Translations under genes and position numbers: made by a program
Shown here: piece after piece, positions 1-10,058 of the stretch
Position numbering within the stretch: position 1 is the stretch's first letter
How the letters are laid out: every line of letters starts with the position of its first letter
From: Methanothermococcus sp. Ax23
GTDB lineage: Archaea; AGJL01; Methanococci; Methanococcales; Methanococcaceae
Length of the DNA: 64,000 nt
Direction of reading: 5' to 3'
Assembly (NCBI RefSeq): GCF_049075655.1
Contig: NZ_CP157522.1
Span: forward strand, 160,001-224,000
The notes under the pieces: generated by a model
The model's input: only the letters and a program-made list of their open reading frames with translations
The model's database searches: none
What the model was told of the DNA's origin: nothing

Positions 1-80
1 TTGAATTTAAAAAAACATACCAATACTGCAATGATGTTTATTTCGATAGTGTAGTTTGCGTAGCTTTTGGTGGAGATATT

Positions 81-911
81 TTGCCAAAAATAGCCTATGG
101 AAACTACTCGGAAACGGATGAAACATCCAATACAATAAAAAGCAAAAATAAAACAGTCATAACAGAAACAAATAAACGATACATTTACAAGCTAAACAGC
201 ATAAACGCACTTGATTATTATAAAAATATCTCAAAATTCAAAGGCACCTATGATAAGCTCCAAAAAGATAGGCAATTTTATCTATCCAATGCGTTTGGTT
301 TGGTAAATCCAAATAATGAAATTTATTTAAAAGGACCCATATCCATAAAAAACGGAGTTTTAATATGTGGTTCGAATATTGTTGAAGGAAATGAATTGAA
401 AATGGTCAATATAACAGATGCAAAAATTAAACAATTATTCGAGAGCTCCACAGAATTGCTGATTAATACTGCACCAAAGTATGATTCTCCATTAACATTC
501 TGCTGTTCATCCATATATTTGCCCGAAATATCGGAAGAATCTGTAAAAAATAGTTTGGAATCCGGTCCTTTAAATATTTTTGGATTTACATCCTATGGAG
601 AAGCGGTTTTAAGGGAATATATGAATTATACAGTATCAATGTGTTCCATAGTTCCTGATTTAGCTTCTATTAGTGCAAAAGATGGAATCCACATGGTTAC
701 AAAATATCCCGCTACAAAAGAAACCATATTAAAAATAAATGAAATGGGCGGTGTAGTAAAGATAGAGGAGCTCGCAAAAGCACTTGGTATTCATAGGAGA
801 ACAGCTTATGATAGGATAGAACCTCTCCTTCAATACGGATTTGTTGAAAAGGAACATGCTGTTATAAAAATAACGGATTTTGGAAAATTGCTATTGAAGC
901 TTTGGATTTAA
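81..911 (+). CDS. hypothetical protein with C-terminal winged helix-turn-helix
   Basis: 276-aa ORF, TTG start after GGTGGAG; C-terminus (IEELAKALGIHRRTAYDRIEPLLQYGFVEK...ITDFG) is a wHTH; N-terminal part not recognised. Confidence 0.6.
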   Translation: MPKIAYGNYSETDETSNTIKSKNKTVITETNKRYIYKLNSINALDYYKNISKFKGTYDKLQKDRQFYLSNAFGLVNPNNEIYLKGPISIKNGVLICGSNIVEGNELKMVNITDAKIKQLFESSTELLINTAPKYDSPLTFCCSSIYLPEISEESVKNSLESGPLNIFGFTSYGEAVLREYMNYTVSMCSIVPDLASISAKDGIHMVTKYPATKETILKINEMGGVVKIEELAKALGIHRRTAYDRIEPLLQYGFVEKEHAVIKITDFGKLLLKLWI

Positions 912-929
912 TTTTTTATTCTATTTTAT

Positions 930-1508
930 TCATTTTTCCATAATAAAAACACCATTGTTGTTTAACAGCTTTATTTCCTCATCTGTAAGTTTTTCTTCCT
1001 TAACTCCATCTCCAATTATGGCACTGTGTCCAAGGGGGTCTTCAATTATAAGTGTTGCAGTTTCTTTTCCATTTTTAATATTTTCAATTCTTTCTGCTAT
1101 TTCTTCTGCTTTTTTCTTCTCCTCGTCAGTTTCTACCCAGTTCATCAATGTTTTCAATGAATCTTCAAGACGGTTCAGTACACCTTCAACATTTGAAATA
1201 TATCCTTGTGAAGCTGGGCCTGGTTTAACTTCGAAACCTAATTCAGGTATTTTTATATAACCTGTGGAACTTTTTATAACCCTTTTATTCAGGTCTCCTT
1301 CTCCACATATTTTTAAAATAAATCTTTTTGGTTCTTTAACTTCTATTGGAAGTACATCGCTCTTTCTATACTTGCATTTATCACATATCATGGTGGTTTC
1401 AATTACCTTCCCAAGATATGGAATATCCAGTTCATTTGTCATGATTTTCAATGCGTTTTTAGCACCACATATTGGACAGTCTATAATATTTACTGATTTA
1501 ACTTCCAT
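930..1508 (-). CDS. ZPR1-type zinc finger protein
   Basis: CPICG...IPYLGKVIETTMICDKC zinc finger, PGPASQGYISNVEGVL and IEDPLGHSAI motifs. Confidence 0.9.
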   Translation of the reverse strand: MEVKSVNIIDCPICGAKNALKIMTNELDIPYLGKVIETTMICDKCKYRKSDVLPIEVKEPKRFILKICGEGDLNKRVIKSSTGYIKIPELGFEVKPGPASQGYISNVEGVLNRLEDSLKTLMNWVETDEEKKKAEEIAERIENIKNGKETATLIIEDPLGHSAIIGDGVKEEKLTDEEIKLLNNNGVFIMEK

Positions 1509-1742
1509 GTTCTCACCGATTGTTTTTTTAAATTTAATATATATTATTTCTTTCGTCCTTTTTTTATTTTCTGCCCCATTATTACTTTATTTGGATTTTG
1601 TAATAACATATATAGTTTTTGGTTTAATCATAGGGAAAAATTATATATATATCATCCGTCAAGAATAATATTATTCTCATGAAATAGATAATTATTGAAT
1701 ATGATATATATCGGAAATATACTTCCTATGTGATGGGATACC

Positions 1743-2378
1743 ATGTATAAAAAACTTGATATTATAGAGCATGCCATTTTATTGAATCCCAAATATATAA
1801 AAATATTCCGTAATAAACTAAAAATAACTCAGTCAAAACTTGCTGAGGAAAGCGGAGTTAGTCAATCTCATCTGAGCATGCTTGAAAAGGGAAAGAGAAA
1901 AGCCACGAAATCTCATGCCGCAGCAATAACCCTTGGGTTATTAAAATGCAGTAATATCTGGGATAAAGAAGATCCAATTCTCTATCTTCTCGATATACTC
2001 TCATTAACGAAACTTGAATCCACAATAGTGGAGTTTGTTAAGGAGCTCATTACTAAAAACAGCCTGCATAAAAAATACATTGAGGGATATCCGGTTTTTA
2101 TTGTTGATAAAGATTTTTTTACCGAATACATTAAAAAAAATCTTAAAGTAGTAAATATTGAGAAGATAGTGTTTTTTAGGGGAAGATTAAATGTTAGAGG
2201 AACATATTCAGATAACAGGGATATTGACATATATTTGGATTGTTCAGACATCAGAAGATTAGAAACCAAAATCTCTAACGTCCTTGGGAAAAAGACAGTT
2301 ATTCAAATATTCCCAAAAGAAGAGATGCCTCCAATATATTCCATTAAAAAAGATGGTATTGTGATACATTGTTGGTAA
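1743..2378 (+). CDS. XRE/Cro-family HTH regulator at the head of the eha operon
   Basis: ITQSKLAEESGVSQSHLSMLEKGKR HTH; co-oriented, 16 bp upstream of ehaA. Confidence 0.8.
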   Translation: MYKKLDIIEHAILLNPKYIKIFRNKLKITQSKLAEESGVSQSHLSMLEKGKRKATKSHAAAITLGLLKCSNIWDKEDPILYLLDILSLTKLESTIVEFVKELITKNSLHKKYIEGYPVFIVDKDFFTEYIKKNLKVVNIEKIVFFRGRLNVRGTYSDNRDIDIYLDCSDIRRLETKISNVLGKKTVIQIFPKEEMPPIYSIKKDGIVIHCW

Positions 2379-2394
2379 TGCATTAACTGGTGAT

Positions 2395-2676
2395 ATGATG
2401 GATTCATTATATACATTGATTTATTTCTATGGCATTTCAGTTATTTCTTCGATAGTTATTGGAGCAATGCTAAAACTACCTTTAAAACCAAATATGGATT
2501 CTTTTGAAGGCAATATTTTGTTCCCGACGGTATTTGTTGCTTTGGGATTAACTGCGATTACTGAATTTTTATTTGGTTTAGATATCGTTTTATGTATTAT
2601 TATGGGTATAACTTCTGCTTTATTTTCAAAATACACGAACAGGATATTCCCGGGTGTTGATTATGGAAATCATTGA
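2395..2676 (+). CDS. ehaA: energy-converting hydrogenase A subunit A (membrane)
   Basis: small hydrophobic protein, first of the eha membrane series; named mainly by gene order. Confidence 0.75.
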   Translation: MMDSLYTLIYFYGISVISSIVIGAMLKLPLKPNMDSFEGNILFPTVFVALGLTAITEFLFGLDIVLCIIMGITSALFSKYTNRIFPGVDYGNH

Positions 2677-3154
2677 GTTTGTAAAGTTAATTATGGCATC
2701 TGTAATATGCTGGATAAACTTTGTAATAGTAGATACATACTTTGGATTACCAAAAAAACCCGGAGTATCGGGTGCTGATGTAATTGGAAAGAAGGTGGAG
2801 AAAATTGGAGGAAATATAAATGGAGGATATTTTATGGGAAATATCGTATGCTCCCCCGATGCATCAGCTGGGACATTAATGGCAGCCATATTCTACTACG
2901 TAATGGGTTTTGAAGGCGGCCTTATTGCTGCACTCTTTATATTCATAGGTAATAGGTTGTGTAATGACCCAGGTTATGCGGGAACCATTGGAACCATAAC
3001 TGCAACAATCTTGATATATTTATGCAGTGGATTTATAGAACCTCAGTATTTTATTGCTGGAATGGTAATTGCAATATTCACAATCCAAGGATTCCATCAT
3101 GTGTGTGCCTCTAAAATATTAGGGAGTATAGCAAAAAAGATGGGGAGGATATAA
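2663..3154 (+). CDS. ehaB: energy-converting hydrogenase A subunit B
   Basis: [18 protein letters not shown] and [12 protein letters not shown] motifs; ATG at 2663 preferred over the track start. Confidence 0.8.
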   Translation: MEIIEFVKLIMASVICWINFVIVDTYFGLPKKPGVSGADVIGKKVEKIGGNINGGYFMGNIVCSPDASAGTLMAAIFYYVMGFEGGLIAALFIFIGNRLCNDPGYAGTIGTITATILIYLCSGFIEPQYFIAGMVIAIFTIQGFHHVCASKILGSIAKKMGRI

Positions 3155-3412
3155 ATGGATATCATAACATTGTCAATAGGGATTATAGTGGTCATTGTAG
3201 GATTAAGAATATTTTTAACAAGAAGTAGAGCTCTAAAATTACTATATGTTTGCTGTTTAAACTTTTGTATAGCTGCATTAATTGTACTATATATAAAAAG
3301 CCCGATGGGGGCCATTGCAGCAATAGTATATTTTATATGCTCCACTGTGTCAAGCAACGCTATAGCTCATACCATCGGTGAAATGAAGAAACTTGAAAAA
3401 ATATCAAAATAA
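3155..3412 (+). CDS. ehaC: energy-converting hydrogenase A subunit C
   Basis: 85-aa membrane protein ending STVSSNAIAHT; gene order. Confidence 0.75.
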   Translation: MDIITLSIGIIVVIVGLRIFLTRSRALKLLYVCCLNFCIAALIVLYIKSPMGAIAAIVYFICSTVSSNAIAHTIGEMKKLEKISK

Positions 3413-3461
3413 ATATGAGATAACGGAGATGGTCAATTTAAAGATAAAATAAGGTGATTAA

Positions 3462-3740
3462 ATGGATATTTTACCATTAGTGTCTATATTTTGTTGTATT
3501 ATTGGAGGGATAGGAGTAATTTTACATACTGACTACATAAATAAAATTATCATGTTTGCATTCTTGGAAGCTGGATTAATAGGATTGGTATCTTCATTTT
3601 ATTATCTGGATGTGGCAATGATTTCATCCATATTGGAGCCAATAGGCACTATAATATTATTATTAGGTTCTTTAAAATATGCACATCTCAAAAGAACCAA
3701 GAAAAAATATAGTTCAGAAGTTCCAATACTTGTAAGATAA
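3462..3740 (+). CDS. ehaD: energy-converting hydrogenase A subunit D
   Basis: 92-aa membrane protein (NKIIM, YLDVA, EPIGTIILL); gene order. Confidence 0.75.
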   Translation: MDILPLVSIFCCIIGGIGVILHTDYINKIIMFAFLEAGLIGLVSSFYYLDVAMISSILEPIGTIILLLGSLKYAHLKRTKKKYSSEVPILVR

Positions 3741-3742
3741 AT

Positions 3743-4009
3743 ATGGTGGATAACATGAATTTAGTTATATTAACAATGTACATTGGTTATTTCCTATTAA
3801 TAATAGGAACAATTGGTGCAATATTCGGTCCAATGTCCAATGACCCGCTTAAAAGGCTCTTAAATATAGAGGTGCCGTCAATGGGTGTGGCATTAATTCT
3901 CCTAGCATATAATGAAACACTTGCGCTTATGACGTTTCTTGCAGTAAATGCCGTGCTTATGCTAGTATTTGTTAGGGCGATTATCAAAAATGAGGAATTG
4001 GAGGCATAA
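3743..4009 (+). CDS. ehaE: energy-converting hydrogenase A subunit E
   Basis: [32 protein letters not shown] motif; gene order. Confidence 0.78.
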   Translation: MVDNMNLVILTMYIGYFLLIIGTIGAIFGPMSNDPLKRLLNIEVPSMGVALILLAYNETLALMTFLAVNAVLMLVFVRAIIKNEELEA

Positions 4010-4010
4010 T

Positions 4011-4481
4011 ATGAGAAAGCTCAGTAAAATGTGGAATTATATATCAAAACCTGAGGTTGTTCCAAGATTGTTCGCAGGATTCCTATGTTTAGCATTATTT
4101 ATTGAGTTTTTCGCCCCCACAACATTTAACGAAAATCAACTATATCCAAAAGATGTTCCGCAAGGTCAAATTTTTAAAACCCCCCTTGCCCCTTATGACA
4201 GAGGAGGAGCTCCTCTTGAAAAAGCCGCAGATATTAAGACACAGTATCCACAGTTTGAACCAATAAGGGGAAAAATAACTGCATACCTATCTCCAATATC
4301 TATTTGGATTAGTGAAAAAACTCCATACTTTGGAACAAGCATTGTATCTACTCCGGGGGGCATATTGGACGAAATATTATATTATACACGAGGATTTGAC
4401 ACAATACTTGAATCTACTACATTATTAATTTCATTTATAATATTTAGCTGGATATACCTCAATAGAGATGAGGTGGAATAA
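4011..4481 (+). CDS. ehaF: energy-converting hydrogenase A subunit F
   Basis: PLAPYDRGG and [23 protein letters not shown] motifs; ATG at 4011 after GGAGG. Confidence 0.8.
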   Translation: MRKLSKMWNYISKPEVVPRLFAGFLCLALFIEFFAPTTFNENQLYPKDVPQGQIFKTPLAPYDRGGAPLEKAADIKTQYPQFEPIRGKITAYLSPISIWISEKTPYFGTSIVSTPGGILDEILYYTRGFDTILESTTLLISFIIFSWIYLNRDEVE

Positions 4482-5176
4482 TGGATATTGTAAGTTATTT
4501 GTTTAATAAAACTGTTGTTGTAGGATTTATAATTGGAATATTGTCATTATATGCAATATCCCGCCAAAAATCCGACTTACATATGCTTTTGTTAGCTGAC
4601 CTTGTGGAATGTGCCATGTTGGTGGTGATAGCCGCCGTTGGAACAGACCTTGCGGAAGCCCTTATACTTCCAGGATTGGTCGTTGGAATGGCAGAACTTT
4701 TGGCAGTTTCCGAGGTGCTTGTGCTTAGAAATGAAATGAAAAATGATAGAAAATCAAAAGTCAAAAAATCAAAACTTCTTGAAGAATTCATTGCAAAGGA
4801 AAGCCCTCATATCGATGTAAAATTTGGTAAAATGGAAGTATTATATAGTGCCCCAAAATTTATGGCATTTGTATTGGTGGTATATGGTGCATTATTAACC
4901 GGATTTACAGGAGGTGCTGTAATAGCAAGTGGGTTGCTGTTCTATCTTTTATCGCAGGGAGCTACTGGAAAAGGAATTTCACTTAGCAGGTTAAAATATA
5001 CGTGGGAATCAATTTCTGGATTTTCAGGAATTATGTGGGCACTCTGGGTATTATTTGGATTTGTTGGATTCTTTCTGTTTCCTCAAAAATACCTGTATTT
5101 CCTGTTAATAGCGGGCTGTGCATTGGCATTAAAAGTTGGCTCAAAACTTGGATTGATTGGTGATATTCTAAAATAA
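4481..5176 (+). CDS. ehaG: energy-converting hydrogenase A subunit G
   Basis: [20 protein letters not shown] and GFTGGAV motifs; polytopic membrane protein. Confidence 0.8.
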   Translation: MDIVSYLFNKTVVVGFIIGILSLYAISRQKSDLHMLLLADLVECAMLVVIAAVGTDLAEALILPGLVVGMAELLAVSEVLVLRNEMKNDRKSKVKKSKLLEEFIAKESPHIDVKFGKMEVLYSAPKFMAFVLVVYGALLTGFTGGAVIASGLLFYLLSQGATGKGISLSRLKYTWESISGFSGIMWALWVLFGFVGFFLFPQKYLYFLLIAGCALALKVGSKLGLIGDILK

Positions 5177-5187
5177 AATTATACATT

Positions 5188-5428
5188 GTCAGCTACCAAC
5201 GACTAAAGTCGTTGGCTTGCCCTTCCAACTCCCTCAATAATAAGGGCGGAGGACATTAGGCTGGCTGACGGACAGCCCTGTATTATTTACCAATAAAGCC
5301 CTTCCAACCGTATCCACTCTACCGAGCTTCGTGCCTTAGGGCTTATTACAATTTATAGTTCATACAACATATAAATTTTTCGGCATTCCTCCAACGGCTA
5401 AAACCGTTGGCTTCCTGCCGAAGGAATC
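5188..5428 (-). mobile_element. non-autonomous IS200/IS605 derivative (~241 bp) retaining a TnpB-type right end / omega-RNA, no ORF
   Basis: subterminal hairpins CCAACGACTAAAGTCGTTGG and CCAACGGCTAAAACCGTTGG; minus strand ends ...CAAGCCAACGACTTTAGTCGTTGGTAGCTGAC, like a tnpB right end; GC-rich insert between ehaG and ehaH. Confidence 0.75.
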
Positions 5429-5465
5429 GTGAATACAGGTGATAGGAGTAAAATATGGTGATGTT

Positions 5466-6128
5466 ATGTTTATGGACCCAATCACAGGGAATTTTTACGG
5501 ATATATACCTTTCGGAGATATTATATTCTATTTAACGGACTTTTCAATGATAGCATTTCTTGTTGCATTGTTCTTTACATTAGTGGTATATCTTACAAAA
5601 CCTGAACAACAGCTGGAAGCTCAGATAAATGACTTTGGCGATAAGCTCAACATCGTATCATTGAAAGAATTAAAGATAAGGCGGCTAATGGCTATTATTT
5701 GTGGAATAAGCACAGCATTTGCCATGCTCACAGGAGATATATTCGATTATGCACTATTTCTTGCTGTGGTAGGTATTGCCAATATTGGTATAGTTTCAGC
5801 TGTTAAGAAAGAATGGGTGTTAAATGCGGCATACCATTATGGAATAATTGCAATAATTTCATCCCTTCCATTGTTTGGAGCTGCGGCATTAATTTTAGCA
5901 AAAACGGGAACTCTATCAATATTTGAACTATCAAAGACATCTCATGATATATTCTATCAAAAAATAATTTATGCTGTGGGAATGGTTGGTGAAACTGGTA
6001 TAGCTCCATTTTATGCAGCAAAGGCAGAGATGTTCAGAGCTCCGGGGGCACCCTATATTTTGATGATACACCTTTCATCACTGCTTATAATTATTAGAAC
6101 AGCTGAAATCTTACTTACTATCCATTAA
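5466..6128 (+). CDS. ehaH: energy-converting hydrogenase A subunit H (antiporter-like membrane subunit)
   Basis: GETGIAPFYAAKAEMFRAPGAPYILMIH motif; ATG 5466 follows GGTGAT. Confidence 0.8.
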   Translation: MFMDPITGNFYGYIPFGDIIFYLTDFSMIAFLVALFFTLVVYLTKPEQQLEAQINDFGDKLNIVSLKELKIRRLMAIICGISTAFAMLTGDIFDYALFLAVVGIANIGIVSAVKKEWVLNAAYHYGIIAIISSLPLFGAAALILAKTGTLSIFELSKTSHDIFYQKIIYAVGMVGETGIAPFYAAKAEMFRAPGAPYILMIHLSSLLIIIRTAEILLTIH

Positions 6129-6201
6129 ATAATAAACTAAATAAAATATTATATTTATTTATGATTAAAACCATTATAGGTTCTCAAAATAATAAAAGAG
6201 C

Positions 6202-6417
6202 GTGATTCATATGACGCCAGAAAAAAAGAGTGGAATTATTTCCTTAATTATAGGACTAATCGGATTTATATATATTATATTATGTTCAAAAAGTGTATTT
6301 TTAGTTTATATGGGCACTGCATTATTCACTCCATTTATAGTTTATGGATTTGGAATATTGTTAAATCCGGATACTAGAAGAAAAGACGAAGGGCAAATCC
6401 CATTTAGAGGGTGGTAA
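6202..6417 (+). CDS. ehaI: energy-converting hydrogenase A subunit I
   Basis: two TM segments, C-terminal IPFRGW; gene order. Confidence 0.7.
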   Translation: MIHMTPEKKSGIISLIIGLIGFIYIILCSKSVFLVYMGTALFTPFIVYGFGILLNPDTRRKDEGQIPFRGW

Positions 6418-6418
6418 T

Positions 6419-7306
6419 ATGGATGCAATATTGTCAATAGGACACATAATAGGAGCTCTCTCATATACATTATATGCTTTCTTAATTGGTGGATTATTAT
6501 TGGGATTCCATAGAAAAATAATATCAAGGGTGCAAGGGAGACCAGGACCTCCAATAATTCAGTATTTGATACACACATTTAAATTCTACATCAAAGAAAT
6601 TACGTTTCCAATTACTGCTGGAAATCCGCTGTATTTATTTGTGGCGTTGATGGATATTATGGTGTGGATGTCTGCATTGTTTGTGGGGGTCGTATTTGAA
6701 TCCTCATTGTTAATATTGGTTGGATTATATGTTCTTCAAAAAATTGTTGAGCACGGATGCGGGCTTAGTAGTGGTTCCCCCTATGGAAAACTGGGAGGGG
6801 TTAGAAGTGTATTCTCAGCTGCCGCCGAAGTTCCATTATTTGCAGTAGTTGGAATAATCTATGTATTAACTCATTCATTGATGATAGGAGATATAATAAA
6901 TTATCAAGCGGTAAATGGTCCGATACTATTTAAACTTCCACTTGCAGCATTTGCATTCTTTATATTGCTTGTTTCCAAGGCACCAAACAGTCCATTCGGC
7001 ATAGTTAAGGATAAGTGTATTGTCAGCGGATACATAACAGAACATTTTGGAACCCTTGAATCAATTATATTGATTTCAGATGCAATAGCATGGTTTGTTC
7101 TCCTTTGGCTATTTATAGCATTATTTATCGGTCCAGTATTGATATTGAATCCACTATTGACATTAGTTGGAATGGTTGCCCTAACATTTATAATATCTAT
7201 GATATGTGCCATAACCCCACTATTAACGCCAAATCACTCGGTCATGCTTCAAATATTGATTGCATCCCTGACTATGATAGATTTACTGTATATGGTTGTT
7301 CATTAG
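6419..7306 (+). CDS. ehaJ: energy-converting hydrogenase A subunit J (NuoH/ND1-like)
   Basis: HRKIISRVQGRPGPPIIQ and SSGSPYGKLGGVRS complex-I subunit-1 motifs. Confidence 0.88.
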   Translation: MDAILSIGHIIGALSYTLYAFLIGGLLLGFHRKIISRVQGRPGPPIIQYLIHTFKFYIKEITFPITAGNPLYLFVALMDIMVWMSALFVGVVFESSLLILVGLYVLQKIVEHGCGLSSGSPYGKLGGVRSVFSAAAEVPLFAVVGIIYVLTHSLMIGDIINYQAVNGPILFKLPLAAFAFFILLVSKAPNSPFGIVKDKCIVSGYITEHFGTLESIILISDAIAWFVLLWLFIALFIGPVLILNPLLTLVGMVALTFIISMICAITPLLTPNHSVMLQILIASLTMIDLLYMVVH

Positions 7307-7314
7307 GTGATATC

Positions 7315-7590
7315 ATGAAAAATTACATTTATCTCTTAGCAATATCCTGCTTTACATTATTGGGCGTCTTGGTTTCAATAAATATGTTTCAAACTAACAT
7401 TATGTCAGTAATTGGGCTTTTTATCGCAATATTGTTTGTGATAATTGCCTTTAAATCAAATAAAATTAAAACTATTGCACATACCATGGAAAATTTAGAG
7501 ATATTATTTATGTTCTTGGTATTTATAGGATTGTTGTATTTAAGTTATTCGATGTATTCTGTAAATACCAATTTGCTATTGATAAAATAA
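7315..7590 (+). CDS. ehaK: energy-converting hydrogenase A subunit K
   Basis: ATG 7315 after AGGTGA; 91-aa hydrophobic protein; gene order. Confidence 0.65.
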   Translation: MKNYIYLLAISCFTLLGVLVSINMFQTNIMSVIGLFIAILFVIIAFKSNKIKTIAHTMENLEILFMFLVFIGLLYLSYSMYSVNTNLLLIK

Positions 7591-7599
7591 GGTGATTCT

Positions 7600-7911
7600 A
7601 TGAATGAGGTGCCATATAATATACTTTACAGCACAATATGTCTTGTAATTGGAGGGTTTTTAGGACTATCTTATAGTTATAAAAAATATCATATGCCTTA
7701 TGTGGAAAAAGTCAGGGATAAATATGCATTAATTTGTTCTATAATTGGAGGATTGATATTTTTAATAGACTTGCCATATCATTTAAATTATCCTATTGCA
7801 TGCCTTTTAATTGGCGTTCCTTTTGGGATGAGACCAGGATATGGAAATGTAGAGCTGTATATTGGACTTATTATCGCATTTGTAGGATATTTAATTAAGG
7901 CGAACTTATAG
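7600..7911 (+). CDS. ehaL: energy-converting hydrogenase A subunit L
   Basis: YSYKKY and PFGMRPGYG motifs. Confidence 0.78.
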   Translation: MNEVPYNILYSTICLVIGGFLGLSYSYKKYHMPYVEKVRDKYALICSIIGGLIFLIDLPYHLNYPIACLLIGVPFGMRPGYGNVELYIGLIIAFVGYLIKANL

Positions 7912-7922
7912 GGGGTGATATT

Positions 7923-8336
7923 ATGGAACTTAATTTAAAAAAAATAGATGAAATTCAATGCGAAGGAACTTTGGAGCAAAAATACAATATCATAAAAGAC
8001 AACAGATATCTAATGGAAGAAGTTATTGTTCCAATTTCAAATGCCTTAAAACTTCCATTGGAAGATGTTATTGAAATATTCGTAAAAAAGTATGATGGAG
8101 TTGCACTTTATGAATCTCATGCCTTTGCTGAGCAGGCAAGAATGGCATGTTTAGGAAGAAAAGTAGATATAGATTTAGGACTTTGCTGGATTTCTGATTT
8201 TTTTGGTTTAATTCCAAGAGAAGAGGCTGATTTAATAAGAAAAAAAGTGGTTGAAGATACATTGATGCATCATAAACCCTACAATGAAGCATTGAATATT
8301 GGCAGAGAATTGATTATAAGTCTTTTAAAAGAATAG
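7923..8336 (+). CDS. ehaM: energy-converting hydrogenase A subunit M
   Basis: [28 protein letters not shown] motif; gene order. Confidence 0.78.
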   Translation: MELNLKKIDEIQCEGTLEQKYNIIKDNRYLMEEVIVPISNALKLPLEDVIEIFVKKYDGVALYESHAFAEQARMACLGRKVDIDLGLCWISDFFGLIPREEADLIRKKVVEDTLMHHKPYNEALNIGRELIISLLKE

Positions 8337-8352
8337 CAATTGGAGGAACAGC

Positions 8353-8814
8353 ATGATAAAAGAATTCTTCAGAAAGAGGTCCATATACGTTTGTATTGTA
8401 AATACGGGAGGATGCAATGGATGTGATATAGAACTTGTATCCACGCTTGCTCCAAGATACGATATTGAACAGTATGGGATTTATGTGCATAATAATCCAA
8501 GGGAAGCTGATGTTCTGGTTATCACAGGACCTGTCACGCTTCCGTGGAAAAATCGACTTAAAGAAATATATGAAAAAACACCAGAACCAAAAATTGTTGT
8601 GGCTGTTGGAGCATGTGCTTTGAGTTGCGGCATATTTAGAGAAGGTCATGTTTGCGGTCCAGTGGATAAGATTATCCCAGTAGATGCAAAACTTCCTGGA
8701 TGCCCACCAAGACCTGGTGAAATAATTGAAGCAATATTGAAAATAGCACCTGATGCCATAGCGGCAAAAGAAAAACTTCTTAAAAAACAGGCAAAAGAAG
8801 AAATCAAATCATAG
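8353..8814 (+). CDS. ehaN: Eha [NiFe]-hydrogenase small subunit
   Basis: [15 protein letters not shown] and PGCPPRP FeS-binding motifs (NuoB-like). Confidence 0.92.
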   Translation: MIKEFFRKRSIYVCIVNTGGCNGCDIELVSTLAPRYDIEQYGIYVHNNPREADVLVITGPVTLPWKNRLKEIYEKTPEPKIVVAVGACALSCGIFREGHVCGPVDKIIPVDAKLPGCPPRPGEIIEAILKIAPDAIAAKEKLLKKQAKEEIKS

Positions 8815-8893
8815 TTTAGTTTGAATATAGGACATATAAAAAATAAATGAAAATGAAATAAAAGAATAAATAAAAATAAAAAACAGTGATACA

Positions 8894-10024
8894 ATGAATG
8901 TAGTGCCCATAGGACCCATAAATCCAGTGTTAAAAGAACCCATACGGGTAAAACTCATAGTTGAAGGTGAAAGGGTAATAGGCTCGGAAATAGAAATGGG
9001 TTATGTCCATAGAGGTATTGAAAAAATAATGGAAGGAAAGCATTATCTAAAAGGAATACACCTCGCTGAGAGGGTGTGTGGCATATGTTCATACATACAT
9101 ACCCAGACCTTTGCAGAGTGCATTGAGCATATGTCAAAGATTGAAGTTCCAGATAAGGCAAGATATTTAAGGGTAGTTACAACAGAGTTGGAGAGAATAC
9201 ACAGCCATTTGATAGCCGCCGCAGTGTATGATTTATCCATTGAACACGAAACACTTGCAATGTGGTGTTTAAGTGCGAGGGAGCATGTAATGGATTTACT
9301 GGAAATGATGTGTGGAAACAGAGTAAATATGGGGTTTAATGTAGTTGGCGGAGTTAGATTGGACATTAATAAAGAAATAATGGACAAAATTTATAAAAAA
9401 CTAAATGAACTTGAAGAAGATGTAAAAAATATAATGGAAGCGTTTAAAACCGGTCCTTTAATAAATTTAAGAGGTAAAGGCATAGGAGTTATTGGATATA
9501 AAGAAATAATGAAAACAAGAGCAGTTGGACCAGTGGCTAGAGCTTCTGCACTGCCAGAATGTGATTGGAGACTGAGACATCCAACATATAAAGAACTTAA
9601 ATTCAAACCTGTCTGGGCTGACGAAGGGGACAACTCTGCAAGAATGATAGTTAGACATGAGGAAGTTTTGGCAAGTATAAGTCTTATTAGGAAAGCACTG
9701 GAATTATATGAGGAGAGCTCAGGTGGTGTAAGAGTTAAAGCCAATATAAAAGGCGGTTCCGGTGGATGGAAAAATGAAGCTCACAGAGGTGAGGTTTATT
9801 ATAAAATAGCCATTACAGATGGAGGATTGATTAAAAGAATAATGATTAGAACCCCAACAGTCATGAATCTTGAAGCTTATAAATACATGCTAAAAACTTG
9901 TCCAACAGTTTCAGATGCAGTTACCACCTATACTTCAATCGACCCTTGTGTATCATGCACTGAAAGAACAATCGTATTGAAAGATAAAAAAACAGGAAAA
10001 ATTACCCCTTATTCATTCAAATAA
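8894..10024 (+). CDS. ehaO: Eha [NiFe]-hydrogenase large subunit
   Basis: ERVCGIC and DPCVSCTER NiFe motifs, group 4 hydrogenase. Confidence 0.93.
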   Translation: MNVVPIGPINPVLKEPIRVKLIVEGERVIGSEIEMGYVHRGIEKIMEGKHYLKGIHLAERVCGICSYIHTQTFAECIEHMSKIEVPDKARYLRVVTTELERIHSHLIAAAVYDLSIEHETLAMWCLSAREHVMDLLEMMCGNRVNMGFNVVGGVRLDINKEIMDKIYKKLNELEEDVKNIMEAFKTGPLINLRGKGIGVIGYKEIMKTRAVGPVARASALPECDWRLRHPTYKELKFKPVWADEGDNSARMIVRHEEVLASISLIRKALELYEESSGGVRVKANIKGGSGGWKNEAHRGEVYYKIAITDGGLIKRIMIRTPTVMNLEAYKYMLKTCPTVSDAVTTYTSIDPCVSCTERTIVLKDKKTGKITPYSFK

Positions 10025-10058
10025 GTTTAGTTTAGCAAAAATAACAGGAGTGAGTTTT

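Noticed and set aside
5188-5428. tRNA, riboswitch or IscB/HEARO RNA on the plus strand
   Set aside because: No cloverleaf; paired IS200/IS605 end hairpins and a tnpB-like tail on the minus strand fit better, although a plus-strand RNA cannot be fully excluded.
7090-7314. N-terminal extension of the 166-aa ORF 7090-7590
   Set aside because: Overlaps ehaJ in another frame; an RBS-supported ATG lies at 7315.
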